A DNA stretch of 64,000 nucleotides from NCBI RefSeq assembly GCF_001447785.1, contig NW_015175426.1:256575-320574 (forward strand). Reading direction: 5' to 3'. Every line of letters begins with the position of its first letter. The first letter of the stretch is position 1. Below are positions 1 through 12,579 of this stretch, piece by piece. The DNA is from Gekko japonicus. Taxonomy: Eukaryota. A program made the position numbers and the translations under genes. The notes beneath the pieces were generated by a model that worked only from the letters and a program-made list of their open reading frames with translations, had not been told where the DNA came from and searched no databases.

Positions 1-629
1 AACTGAGGCCCTGTGAATTTTGCAAAAGCTACTGCAGCAGGTGCAAGACAATGGTTTTCTGTGTCTTCCCCTTGGGCCTGGTACAGTCTTCTCCAGCCTA
101 GCTTGGTATTATTCAACTGGTTCAGTCCTTTTTAAATTGGAACAAAAATATTCTTGAGTTCAATGAAGAGGACTTCTACAAGCAAATCTGAGATGATCCT
201 GCCAGCATATTATATCTTAACATTAAAGGCTTTTCATATATATTTATTTTCTTAATGGATATTGGATGAACCTAATCCATTCCCTTTACATATTTTCTGA
301 ACAACTTTCTGCTAGATAAATATCCAGTTTTGGGCTGTAATTTTGCTTTCCTGGGTATGCAATGGACGTAACTAGTCAACTGATTCAAACCCTGAGTAAG
401 ATGGAAATTTATTTGTAGTTTGTTTGTTTTTTTAATTTACAGGACTTCTGAAAAAAGTAAACAGACTTTAAAATGAACAAAAGACAGCAAGTATGAGTAC
501 TAGGATCCTAAAGTCACTCCCCAGCCAAAAAAACTGCTGATCACATTGCCTCCAAATACTTATTTTGCTAACAGCTAGTCTAAACAGAGAGAGTAGGAAT
601 AAATGGCAGTTCTCTTGAAGGAAGGAAGG

Positions 630-1460
630 ATGCATGGGGGGCTCCCCAGGGATCAGTGCTGTTTAGTTTGCTCTTAAATGATATGGTGTCATCTGCCGAC
701 CTTCGTCATTTGGCCACCCAGCTCCAATTCAGGATCATTTAAGGATAATAAGAACCAAACTTGGGGTTATGAACAGCTCCAAAAGAATCTCACTGAACTG
801 GGTGAATGGGCAACACCATGGCAAACGAGTTTCAATATAAGTGTAAAGTGATGCATGTTAGGGTGAAGAATCCCCATTTTAAATACACACTGATGAGGTC
901 TGAACTGGAGGTGACGGACCAGAAAAAAATATCTTGAAGTCATGGTGGATAGCTCAGTGAAAATGCCAACTCAATTTGCAGCGGAAGTGAATACAGCAAA
1001 TTCTATTCTAGGAATTATTAGGAAAAGGATTAGAAACAGAGACAGTTGCTGTTATAATGCCCTTGCATTGGTTTCCAGGATGGCCACATTTGTAATGCCA
1101 CATATTAGTATTTGGTCATCATCTCTCAAGAAAGACATGAAAGTGCAGGAAAAGGTGCAGAAAATGTTAACTAAACTGACTGAGATAGTGGAGTACCCTC
1201 CCCATGTGGAAAGACTGAGGAGTTTTGGCTTTTTAGTCTCCAGATAACTACAGAAAGGGACATAACAGGGGTTTATAGAATTATGCATGAGGGTGGAACA
1301 TGGGGGTAGAGAAAGTAGCTAGAGAGAACTTTTTCCTGTCTCCTGTAACAGTAGAACTCATGGGCTCCCAATGAAGTTGACAGGCAATAGATTCTCCACT
1401 CAGACTAATCAGAGTAATTGACTTGTGCAATTCACTGCCACAGAGTGTCATGATGGCCAT
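630..1460 (+). mobile_element. Decayed CR1 LINE 3' fragment
   Basis: Remnants of CR1 RT (ccccagggatcagtgct; tggcaaacgagtttcaat...aagtgtaaagtgatgcat; ANSILGIIRK-like peptide) with frameshifts. Confidence 0.75.
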
Positions 1461-1497
1461 TAATTTAGTTAGCTTTTAACGGGGGGTTAGTTAAACC

Positions 1498-1893
1498 CAG
1501 GGCTTTTTTTGTAGAAAAAGCCCAGCAGGAACTCATTAGCATAACAGGCCACACCCAACAGCTGAAACTCATTAGCATATTAGGCCACACCCTGCCACCA
1601 CAGCTCATTAGCATATTAGGCCACAGCCCCGTGTTGCCAAAAGTGTGGTCATCCAGCCACACCCACCTTTTGCTTCTTATTCTGTTTACCTTGTTTGTTG
1701 TCAAAACCCAGGGCCTTTTTTTGTAGCAGGGATTCCTTTGCATGTTAGGCCACACATGCCTACTGTAGCCAATCCTAATGAGTTTCTGCTGTTGGGTGTG
1801 GCCCATTATGCTAATGAGTTCCTGCTGGGTGTGGCCAACTCAGAAACCAGCCGGAACTCCGTTCCTGTGCGTTCCTGCCCAAAAATAGCCCTG
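1498..1893 (+). mobile_element. hAT-type MITE
   Basis: TIRs CAGGGCTTTTTT / AAAAATAGCCCTG; exact 8-bp TSD GTTAAACC at 1490-1497 and 1894-1901; internal ACTCATTAGCATA..GGCCACACCC repeats. Confidence 0.85.
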
Positions 1894-2614
1894 GTTAAAC
1901 CAAAGGAAAACAGACCAATCAGTAGACATGGCAACTAAACTGGATGGCCATCTTCAGAGACACCAAACATGAGTGGTGGAGAACAACAACAGGAGGCCTA
2001 AGCCTCTGTGCTGCTCCTTGTGAGCCTTTGGTTTCCATTGTATGAAACAGGATGCCAGACTCAATGGACCACTGATCTTACCCAGTACAGCTGCCCTTAA
2101 ATTGATTGCTAAGAGAGCTGGTGAGAGATCAGAAGCGCAGGAAACAGTCTCTGGATTCTGTCTAACAGGCGTACTTGAAGGTGGTCACTTGTTTGAAGCA
2201 ACCTTTGTTGATGAACGGTACGCATTGTTTACTCTATTGAATTTGAGCAAAATTTTATTTTGAAAGGGGAAAAAAAACATATTTTTAGATGGTGTGGGTA
2301 TATGACACAGCAAGCACCATCTTAGAAGAGAAATTCTCTCCTGCGTAAGAGTGTGTGAACATTCAGAAAGAGGTATAACCCACTGGAGGATCAACACGCT
2401 TGGGAGAAGGGGTACTATGATGAGGGAGAGGGGAACTGGGCGTGTCAGTTCTGCATGGGAAAAAGTCATCAGGCACTCCAAAGCCTACCACAAGGAGGCA
2501 GGTTTCAGAGGGCAGCCTGAAGCATGTGGATCTCACTCTGTCTTCTGAAGATAGATGGACGTTTTGCAGGAAGCGTAGGGCACCGGGGAGGGGGGGGGTG
2601 CGTCTGCCACTCAC

Positions 2615-5359
2615 CTTGGCTAAGCTGTTCGTTGCTCTCGCTCGGCACCATGGGAAGCTCCCGGCTGGGCATGCTCTCTGAGTGGTTCATGCAGGGCTGC
2701 TCCAAGCTATCAGTGCTCTCTCTGAGGAAGTAAGTTCTATTAGCCACAACTGAAAAAACAGAACCTCCATGCAGAGAGGCAAACAACAAAGGAAAGCGAT
2801 CAACCTCCATGCCCTGCTTTCGAGCTCCCCAGAGGCCTCTGGCTGGCTGCTGTTGGAAACAGAACACTGGACTGCATAGATTTTTAGTCTGATTTCTTAA
2901 ATTATTACTATATACAAGGATCATAAGACACCCCTCTCATTCTTAAAGAACATAGAGGCCAGCCAGGTTTGTCAGTCTCTTGGAGTTCAACACAACGTAC
3001 CCCAGGCCCATGCATTCCTGAATGTCCGCCAGCCACGAGCGCATCTGTAGTGAATCAACCGTCTCAAGGATATACTCCAAGGAACTTGAAAGCTGGAGCA
3101 GGAAAGAGAAAAACAACACTGTGTTAAGTGGCCAGGGGGAATGCTACAGCCTACACCTAACTTCCCCCCCCCAGCTGAAAAAAACAAGGGAGGCATCCAT
3201 CAGTGAGAAAGAGAACCACAGTGAAGGTCAGGAAACAATTTATGGAAAGCACCATAATGAACTGTTGAGGCCAAATGCAGTTTTAATTGCAGCACCTCAA
3301 GAGCCACGGCAAAAACAAAAATGTAAGTACAAGATGATAAGAAAGGACCAATCAACGGCAGACCAAGAATCAAGCCCCTGCCTGCCTGTTCTTCAGTACA
3401 GAAGCACCCACTAGCAGCAGTGACCAGAGAACTCTTTTAGCAACACATTATACCTTTCCCTGTTCTATGCTCATGTCCAGAAGAGATTCCTAGCTACCAC
3501 CACTCCTCATTCATGGCAATTGGTGGTGTTCCCTGTACATTCTGATTGGCCTCTCTCTCTCTCATGAGTAATAGGCACTACTCCCCACAATGGCCAAAAA
3601 CATGAGAAAAAATTGCTGGGGTGAGAGAAGTCTGCTTGGGGAAAGCAGCTAGTCTTGGAATAAACAAGGCAGTGCTGGAAGAGGGCAGATGTGAACTGCA
3701 GATTCCTCTTTGTCAGAAATGGAGGACAGAGAGAAAAGAAAGTGCATATCTGTATCGGTTGCTGGGGGAAAGCCTGATAAGCTTCATTTGAAAGCCAGTT
3801 TTGGCAGAAGAAATACCCACTTTCAGGCAATGCTCCCTCTAAGCTGTGGAGTCCTGTGAGCAAAATTCTACTTTCTGAGCTACTGGCATTAAAGTTGTGA
3901 GCAGGTGATTTGGCTACTGCATAAATTAGTTTGCTCTGGAGCCATCTGTCATGAGTTAAGACAAAAATGTGGTGAGCCGGAGGCTAAAAAACTGTGAGCT
4001 AGCTCACACTAACTCAGCTTAGAGGGAACACTGCTTTCAGGTATTCTGTTGCTGAGATGCTACTGTGTTAATGTTTGCAATTATTGCAGACACAGTACTG
4101 ACACCAGAATAACTGATAACCGAACAGGTTTAAGAGGCATTTGTAGCATCTATTAAAACACATTGAGCTTCGATGCATTTTTACCAGGCCTACAAACCAA
4201 ATTAAAAAGCAGGCCCAAAGGAAGCAATTGCTGCTTTCTATCTCCCCACCCTGACTGTTCGCTGACCTTGAGTACGAAGGTGTTCTCCTTGTCAGGCATT
4301 TCCAGGGGTGTCGTTGTCCGCACGTCCGCTACACAGGAACAGGCAATGCTGACCCGTGGCTTTGATGCCTGGCGGTGGAAGGCAGGGAAAACAGACAATC
4401 AAGCAACCCCACACCAGGAATGAAAAACTTTGAACCCAAAGCACCTTTGAACTTTCCTCACCAACTCCATACCCACCCTATCTTAGTCCAAAGAATCCAC
4501 TCTGCTCACCTTTGGTGGGATGTAGAATTCCAACAGGTAACCCTCCCCCTCCCCTTTTCCTGCCTTGCGCAGGAGAAGACGGCATTTCTGCCAGCGTGTC
4601 CTGGTTCCCCCGCCTGCCCCATCATCGGCAACAATGTAGTTACAGGCCTTCACGCCGCACGCTAGCAAGTTCAACGCGTGGGGGAGCCGGAGAGGCTTTA
4701 TTCAGCCGCAGGCGCTCAAATCGGTGAGTCCATCGCTCGGAGTCGCCACCCCCCGAGGAGTTGGAATTGCTGTTAGCTCCAGTGGTTGTCTCCTCACCAC
4801 CGACAGGGGACGATTCGGCTGAAGTCTTCCACTGCAGAATACCACGCACGCTGCCTCGGACACTACGACTAACATTGCGCAAAGAGAAGCGCTTCTTCAG
4901 CTTTGGTTTGGTGGCTGCAACGGTGGCCACAGTAGAAACATCTTCGGAACTCCGGGACTGGCTGCTGGAGAGGCCAGAGGGTGGCCCGAGCGGAGGCTCC
5001 ACAGGAGAGGCAACTGATGAGTCACTGCAAGTCTCCGAGAGGTCACGTGCCGAGGAGCAGCCGGTGAAGGGAGCAATGTCACACCGAGGAGGCGAGTCGC
5101 TGGCATAGGCCCGGCTCACCTCTGCCTCGAAATGCTCCAGGAAGTGCTCGGCAAAGCGGCGTGAGAAGGCGGCTTCTGCCCCAGGTGTGGCAAACTGTGG
5201 GTTCTCACCAAGAAAGGCCCGGAAACGACGGGCAAAGTCCACTGCAGCTGCACGAGCGTGTGCCTCGCAAAATTCCCGCCAGCCAGGAGAGGGCAGAGAG
5301 ACAGGCTCCGTCACAACCCCTCCACCTGCTGGTGACAGGGGCACTGCACTCCCGTTCAT
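2615..5359 (-). CDS. SH2B1: SH2B adaptor protein 1 (partial; SH2-domain exons lie left of the window). Exons: 5359-4510 (frameshift near 4640), 4368-4267, 3092-3001, 2721-2615
   Basis: MNG start; Phe-zipper dimerisation motif [20 protein letters not shown]; [25 protein letters not shown]; PH domain WQKCRLLLR...EFYIPPK|ASKPRVSI...[14 protein letters not shown]|[13 protein letters not shown]; NHSESMPS...[10 protein letters not shown] is SH2B1-type. GT-AG boundaries give compatible phases; 16p11.2 neighbours. Confidence 0.92.
3828..4033 (+). mobile_element. hAT-type MITE (CAGTGTTCCCTCTAAG TIR family)
   Basis: TIRs CAATGCTCCCTCTAAGCT / AGCTTAGAGGGAACACTG; exact 8-bp TSD CTTTCAGG at 3820-3827 and 4034-4041. 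Confidence 0.85.
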
Positions 5360-7059
5360 GGTTGCCCGGGTGGGGCTGGGTGACAACAAGCCCAGCGCCA
5401 GGACTGGGCTGCTGCTAGCACCAGGGGCCTCGNNNNNNNNNNNNNNNNNNNNNNNNNNNNNNNNNNNNNNNNNNNNGAAACCACATGATCAAACTGCTAC
5501 TGCAAGATCATAGAGGGGGGGGAAATCAACAACCCACCTGTACTAAAGAGATACAGCAGTACAATGACATGGCTCCAACACAGCATTTTACCCAAGCTGA
5601 TTCCTTGCAATAATACATCCCAATCTATCTGGGCCTTGTAACCGTGTAGGACTTCTTTGAAAAATTACACCAAAAAAGCCCAGGCACTGTCCAAAGAAAT
5701 AGGGCAGATGCCTAAGAGAAAATAAAGGAGCTACCCTTCACTAGACCAACTGGGCAGCTTCTGGTAGATCGCCTAGCACCTGCTGGTTCTGGGATCCTTA
5801 CAAAGAATTCTGGATGAAATGGGTTTGATCTGATGCAGCTCTGCTTATGCGCTTATTCAGCATCCACCTAATACTGAAGAAGAAGAGATTGGATTTATAC
5901 CCCCCCAAAGACAATGGGGTCGGACACAGAACGGATGAAGCTGACTGGGGACTCGCTGGCCCAACAAGACAGCACGCGGTGGGGGACGTTTCCCTGGAAT
6001 ACCCACCTTCTGGAGAAAGAGCACCGGGGAAGCCTGGACACCAGTCCTAAAGACTTCTGGAATGATGATGAACAGGCAATAATATCGATGCTAGAAGACT
6101 CCACCGTATGCACAGAGACCGAGGCCATGCAGGTTCACCCTCTGAGTTTCCACTGAGTCCCTTATTAGTTACTCCTGAGCATGCACTTTTCCTCCATAAA
6201 TTTAGCATACACAGATGAGACCACAGTATTCTAGAAAATAAGCATTGTGGGGTTAACTGGTAGAGAACAGGATAAACCTTGCAGTGGAATCACAAAAACA
6301 GAGACCCTATACACTGGGCTAAGAAGGGGTGTTTCTCACAAATGGTATGTCTTACGGAGACTGAGTGAATGCAAGAAAGAAAAAACAGATTATAAAGTCT
6401 GGCATTACAAACAGAAAAGAGCTGAAGAGGGCACAGTGTTCCCACTTCTGAACTCAGACCATCACAGCATCCTTGCTTGAATTAAACATGTTCCTTCCCT
6501 ACTTGTTATGTATACCAGGGTCACAGCTACCAGCACAAGAGAGGAACCAAATCCCAGCATATATCGGCTGCTAAAGATCCTTTTTAGAAACCCTTTTTAA
6601 AAATTGAAACACATGATTTTGAAGTCAAGACACAGATACTCGTGTGCAAAAGGCAATAATATACGGTACACACCACCACAGGAGTATTTGGTTGTAAACA
6701 GAATGAAAATGGAGAAATAAACTGAGGGGGGAGGAGGATAAATTGGGAGCACCCTTTGGGAGCTTGCGGGAAAAGGCACAGAAACCACAGATGACATTCA
6801 AGCAAGAGGAACAAATCACGGCGCATCCACTCTGCAGATGCATACAGGGAAGTGAAAAGCCGAGGGGAGGGGAGAAACGGCTTTTCATACTTCTCTGGGG
6901 TCAGCACAGACAAAGGCCCCCTGCTCCTTTCTACAATGAAGAACTGTATCAGATGAGGTTTCTGTCGTCGCTACATCAGCGTGAGAGGAAAAGCCACACG
7001 CATCTTAACGCAGCGCTCAAACTGACAGGAGCCCTCGCAGGCTCCAGACCTGACAACAA

Positions 7060-7600
7060 TTTTTAGGACGGCGGGCAGGGGGAAGAAGCGGATAACGGGC
7101 CGCCCCCCTTCGGGAGAGGCGGAAAAAGAGGTCTGCCGTGTGTGGGGGGAGAGGAGGGAAGTCAACTGGGCTTTGTACGTTTGTCACTTACCATCCCGGC
7201 CTTGGGTCCTTTACAGCCAGGGTTTGTCAGTCCGTCTCTCCCCCTGGCTCTCGCGCGCCATTTCCGCTTCCGGGTCCCCTTGCGCAGGCAACCCCCTATT
7301 TCCTTTCTCTCACTTCCGTCTTCGTCATCAGCCAGAAGGGAAAAGGGCAAGTGTGTGTGTGTTTTTTTAGCTACCATATAGAGAAGGCCTCCTCGTTGCA
7401 GGCTAGAGGGTTCAAGAGGAGAACCCTGACGTCACCGCCCGGTGACGCGTCTTCCGTTCGCTATTGGTTGGGCTTTCAGGCGTTGTTATGACAACACGGG
7501 GCGTTGCGCCTACCAACGGCCCTGGACGCGCCGTGGTTCCTTGGCTTGCCGCTGTTTCTGGTTGCTCGGGTAACAGTGCAGCAGCATCGCCTGGGGCGTT
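7060..7600 (-). promoter_or_regulatory. CpG-rich promoter and probable non-coding first exon of SH2B1
   Basis: CpG-dense; minus-strand donor ATG|GTAAGT at 7192/7191; ETS cores (CTTCCG), full CRE TGACGTCA 7427-7434, ATTGG box near 7463, RFX-like GTTGCTCGGGTAAC 7561-7574. Confidence 0.65.
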
Positions 7601-8145
7601 TCATATTTAGGATGCTATCTCTGTGCATAGGCAGAGTGCCTTCCCCCGGTACTGAAATGCGCCTGTGCAGGTCAAGCGCCTCAGCCGATGCTGAATTCAA
7701 CCACCTTTTTAAAAAAACAAGAGTTCCCCCTATTTATGTAATGTGAGCAGACAAGGCCATCTCTCTTGAATCCATCTGCATTCGGCATAACGCCGAATCC
7801 CAAACAGACAATGTGAACAGCATAAGAGAAGCCCTGCTGGATCAGACCAAACGTCCATCTACAGGATTCCATTTCCCACAGTGGCAGACCAGATGACCCT
7901 GAAAGGCCGGCAGGCAGAGCTCAGAGGCCAAAGCCTCCTGCAGGTTTTTTTTCTGGTCCTCCTGCAGTTGTTGCCCTGAACCAACTCATATTCAGCGGTA
8001 GACTGCCCCTGAACTTGGAGATCCTCATTGCAAATGGGCCTATCACACATGACTTGAGATGAGATGCCAGAAATTTAGTGTTTTGGAGATACAGCTCTAG
8101 TGGAGTACAATCTGGCTCCAGCTTCCAACTCCCATTGATGAGGTG

Positions 8146-8441
8146 GCATTGGAATGAAGGCAGTTATCCCTTTGCTGTGCTAGGACTGAACTTCTGATGA
8201 GAGTCCCTATGCTAATTGCTGCTTTCCCTCCATGCTTTTTAAACACTCAGTACACAATTCTTCCTCAGTGAGGAGACTGTCAGCTAAGGTGGGAGCAGGC
8301 ACGATGGAGGTTTGGCTTGCCTGTTTGCCAGCTTCCCTCTCTTTCATGGCCCCATCAATGACTGTTGAAGCTGGAGGAAGGGACTCTCATCAGAAGTTCA
8401 GTCCTAGCACAGCAAAGGGATAACTGCCTTCATTCCAATGC
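8146..8441. repeat. Perfect 63-bp inverted repeat with 170-bp spacer
   Basis: 8146-8208 is the exact reverse complement of 8379-8441. Confidence 0.9.
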
Positions 8442-8673
8442 ACATGAAAGCTTATACCCGGAATTAAATTTTGTTGGTCTTAAAGGTGCCGCTGGACTCA
8501 AAATTTGTGTCTGCAGTTGTATGCTTTAACCATTTTTAACCCTTCAGTAAAAAAAATTGGGCTCAATCTCCCATTAAAAGTTCAGAGCCATTTTATTTAT
8601 TTGTTCAATTTTTAGCCTCCCTCCCCCATTTGCAACAGCCAGTTGGTTTGATGCAGTCTGAGGAGCCCCTGAC

Positions 8674-8975
8674 AGTTTTATTCTCTGTATAAGCTTTCAT
8701 GTGCATGCACACTTCTTCAGATACAATGAAACAGAATTCACCAACCATTACATATAGGTAGCGGGTGAGGATGTTGCTAGGAAGAAATCCTGGCAACATC
8801 CTCACCCGCTACCTATATGTGATGGTTGGTGAATTCTGTTTCATTGTATCTGAAGAAGTGTGCATGCACATGAAAACCTATACCCAGAATAAAACTTCAT
8901 TGGTCTTAGAGGTGCCACTGGTCTCAAACTTTGTTCTGCTCCTTCAGACCAACACAACTACCCACCTGAATCTAT
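8674..8975. mobile_element. Penelope-like element pseudo-LTR in inverted (hairpin) arrangement
   Basis: About 109-bp arms 8674-8782 / 8788-8896 with 5-nt loop; CTGAAGAAGTGTGCATGCACATGAAAGCTTATAC motif and the ttggtctt(a)aaggtgccactgg tail. Related fragments at about 8440-8510 and 37347-37410. Confidence 0.75.
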
Positions 8976-11900
8976 CTTCATGAACTGCAGACACATCTTT
9001 TTTAAAAAATACAATATAAACCAGACTGTCATGATCAAAGAGGGACTGCAGCTTACTAAAAATGATGTTCATAAATTCTTACAAATCATTGGAAGGATAC
9101 TCTTATCCTCTTATTGAGGAAGCCACAGTCGGGGTAGGACCACATGTGAGGGCTGCATCTGTGGGTAAGCATTTATCATCAGCCAGCCCCCCAAGTTCAC
9201 CTGCAGCCCCTGAGCCCTCTCTGTGGCATGGGTCATGGAGTCAACTGCTGGGACTTGGAAGAGTCTATATAACACTATCTGTACCTAACATCTTACGTTG
9301 CAGTAAACTACTTTGGCAGCCAATCATGAGTGAAAAACATGGTATAAATACATCTTAAATTTTGGTGTACAGCTGCACTTTGGAAGGTTTTCAATAGTAA
9401 AGAAAGGAGCACACAAGCAAGTGCCCAGGAGAGACTGGGGGGAGGGAGAACGGAGGGAGAGCTTTCTATTGACCACCCTTCTTCTGTACTGGTTGCAGTT
9501 CCACAGCAAGAAAATGGGAATGTAAACTCTAAAACCTACCTGTTACTGAACAGCAACAAATACATTTCATGATAATAGTCACACACACACACCTCCAGAA
9601 AATTCAGACTGGTTCCCAAACCAAAGGAACAGGCTCACACCTGTGTGCAGTGGTTCAGAGTGTAGAAGAGGGATCTTGGAGACCCATGTAGAACATCTGC
9701 TTGGCATGCAGAAGTTCCCAGGTTCAATCCCCTGTATCTCCAGTCAAAAGATCTGGCAGTAGGTGATGAAAAAGACCTCTGCCTGAGTCCTTGGAGAGGT
9801 ACTGCCAGTCTGAGTAGACAATACTGACTTTGATGGACCAAGGGTCTGATTCAGTATGAGGCAGTTTCATGTGTTCATGTTAGAATTACCACTCAGCCAT
9901 ACATGTTCACCAGTCACTCTCTGTCTAACCTAGCTCACAGGGTGGTTGTTGTGAAATGGAGAGGACAATGCAAGCCACTTTCCATCCCCGATGTGTCTAA
10001 AGTCTGAAGGTTGCCACTGTGACTAAATCAGGGGTGAAACAATGTGATCTCACATCTTACATAAAGTTTAGTCTTGCAATTGTGTCCCACAATTAACAAA
10101 TGAGTGAAGCTTATGGCTTCTGTGGGGGATCAGAGCTTGCTGAATGGCTCATGAGAAGGAGCGTCACAACTGAAAATATTTCTAGTACCTTCTGGAAATT
10201 GGTTAGGCTGCACCATCCATTTTGACGTACAGAATAAGTACATAGTAAAGAACTGAAGCATAGTGAACCCAACATGTTTCCAGATGAATATTTCAGACAA
10301 AAAGGACGTTTGAGCCCAGGTACTCTCCAATAAAAACTGGAAATGCTGATTTGACTTGAGGACTTAAAAGATAAATAAGGTAACAGATGATCAAGATACT
10401 GAATGTATTCTGAACTGTGCAAACTAGTATCAGTTCAAGAACAGAGTGAAATGAGCGAAACTGGGCTGATCAGAAAGGGGTCATGAAATAGATAACTCAC
10501 AAAGACATATAATGGATCATACTTAAATAACAAACAAGGCTGAGGTTTGAGCTTCTCATATTTGCCTTTCTACTTTAAAAACCCTTTGGTACTTTTCAGT
10601 TCATGTATAGCCTTCTCTAACAATGCCACCTGATCCATTCAATTGTTAATAAGGCTCTATTGTATACAGAGACAGTTACGGTATAGTTTATTCATTTATT
10701 TATATTCCGCCTCCATCACTGAGACTCAAGGTGGATTTTGTCTGCCTTGAGATGAGAGGGATAGGCTCTCCTGTATGAGTAAACCATTGCTTCCCTCCAG
10801 TGAGCCTGAAGTGGGGTTTTCAGACAACTGGACTCACTTCTAAACCTACTCTATCTTTTACCTCAAGTCAGTGGCAGCACAGGCCTGGGAGGCATTGCTT
10901 CCTGTGAGCTGAACCCCCTGGAAATGAAAGGAGGCAGAGTACAGTGGAGAAAGTGTGAAAGTTGTGCCCTCTCTTCTTTCCCACCAGGGTGAGGGCAGAA
11001 GCTCCACTCCTAGCTCAAGAGTCTGAGCTGTGCATTGAAGGAAGAACTTGCATTGAGGGGAAATGGCAAGACCAGAACAACAAATGCACTAACCCTGGAC
11101 AACTGGAGAGACGTACACTTGCTTACCTATGTATTTAAAACATTTCTATGCCACTTTTCCAGCCAGCCAGGGTCCTGAGGCGGTGCCAGTGAACATCAAA
11201 ACATTTCAATAAAACAGCATTTAATATAAAGGACATACAAACGAATTGAACAATTCAACAAAACATATAAACACAAACAGAACACAGCCAGGGAGGAGGG
11301 CCAATAATAGTGTATGGGGGGGGGGGCACCAGACAAACAAGTCTTCACCGGCTGGTGGAAGACAACGATAGGGGGAGACAGGCAAATCACCCTGCGGAGG
11401 GAGTTACAAAGTGTTGGCACCACAACCAAGGAGGCCCATTTTTGCGGTTGCCACCAGTCTAGCCTCAGATGGCAAGGACACCCAAAGTAGGGTCTCCAAG
11501 ATGATCAGAATGAATGGGCAGAGGTTCATAAGAGAGATGGTCGTTGGCTCTGAAAGCAAATTAGGAGCCGGTGGTATGGTCCCTACAACCCACTCCAGTC
11601 AACATTCTGGCCACAGCATTCTGTACCAACTGCAGTCTTCAAAGGCAGTTCCGCTATTCTAATCTTTCACATTAGGGGAGCACCAATCATCAGTTTTATG
11701 AGGGATGAACTAGTGTCACTGAACTCAATGAGACTTATGTTCAAGTATGTACAGGATCAGGCTCCACAGATCTACCACAATGCCAGAACATCAGCATCTT
11801 GGTCACTCTTCATGGTATGTCCATATCCCATTTTCACCTCTGGAAACAGATCTGGCAGGATTTTGTATCTGTCACATAATCTGTTTATACAAGAATGAGA

Positions 11901-12579
11901 ACGAAATGAGTGCGTATATCATTACAAAAAGCAAAACTTCCACTTATATCACTTTCAGTTCTCTTAACAATTGCAAGTCTCCAGCCACAGTCTGTTAAAA
12001 CACAGCAAATCCCCAGTTCTCATACAAATGACAGAAAAGCCTCACAGCATTAACTTAATACTTGAAATGGTTCTGAAAACCCATTAAATAAAACATTGCT
12101 AAGTCGCAACTGGATCAGGGTTTTCAGGTAGCAAGGTCATTTAAAACTTTTTAAGTAGAACATCAAAAAAAATCTCTACATAATCACTTGTAACAGTTAC
12201 TCTTGATTGTATAGTATTCTCAAGCTATATACTTGTATTAATGTTTTTAATGTACAATGTTTCAATTATTCTCGACTATGCTTAATGCAAATTTACTCCA
12301 AAAACATGTACTTACAAATTACTTACTCTGAAATGTTTAATACAGAAATTGTTTTATATGTTAATATTCTGAATATATAATTAAAAATTTAAATTTAAAA
12401 AAAGCCTCAGTTACCACCACCTGCCTCCCCCACCGTCTCTAGGAATGGGGGTTACATTGCCCTTGAGGTCACTGAGGCCAAGCTATAACTGTAACCCATG
12501 TGACATTGAGGAATCGGGGTCATTTCGGGTCAACCGTCTTCAGGTTAACATCCGGGATCTTTAGTTTCAGCACTTCCCC

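Noticed and set aside
1520-1640. CRISPR-like spaced repeats (ACTCATTAGCATA..GGCCACACCC)
   Set aside because: Internal subterminal repeats of a vertebrate hAT MITE; no unique spacers or cas genes.
8185-8215. CTGATGA in the 63-bp inverted repeat as a hammerhead or C/D snoRNA
   Set aside because: No downstream GAAA core or properly spaced box C/D pair with terminal stem.
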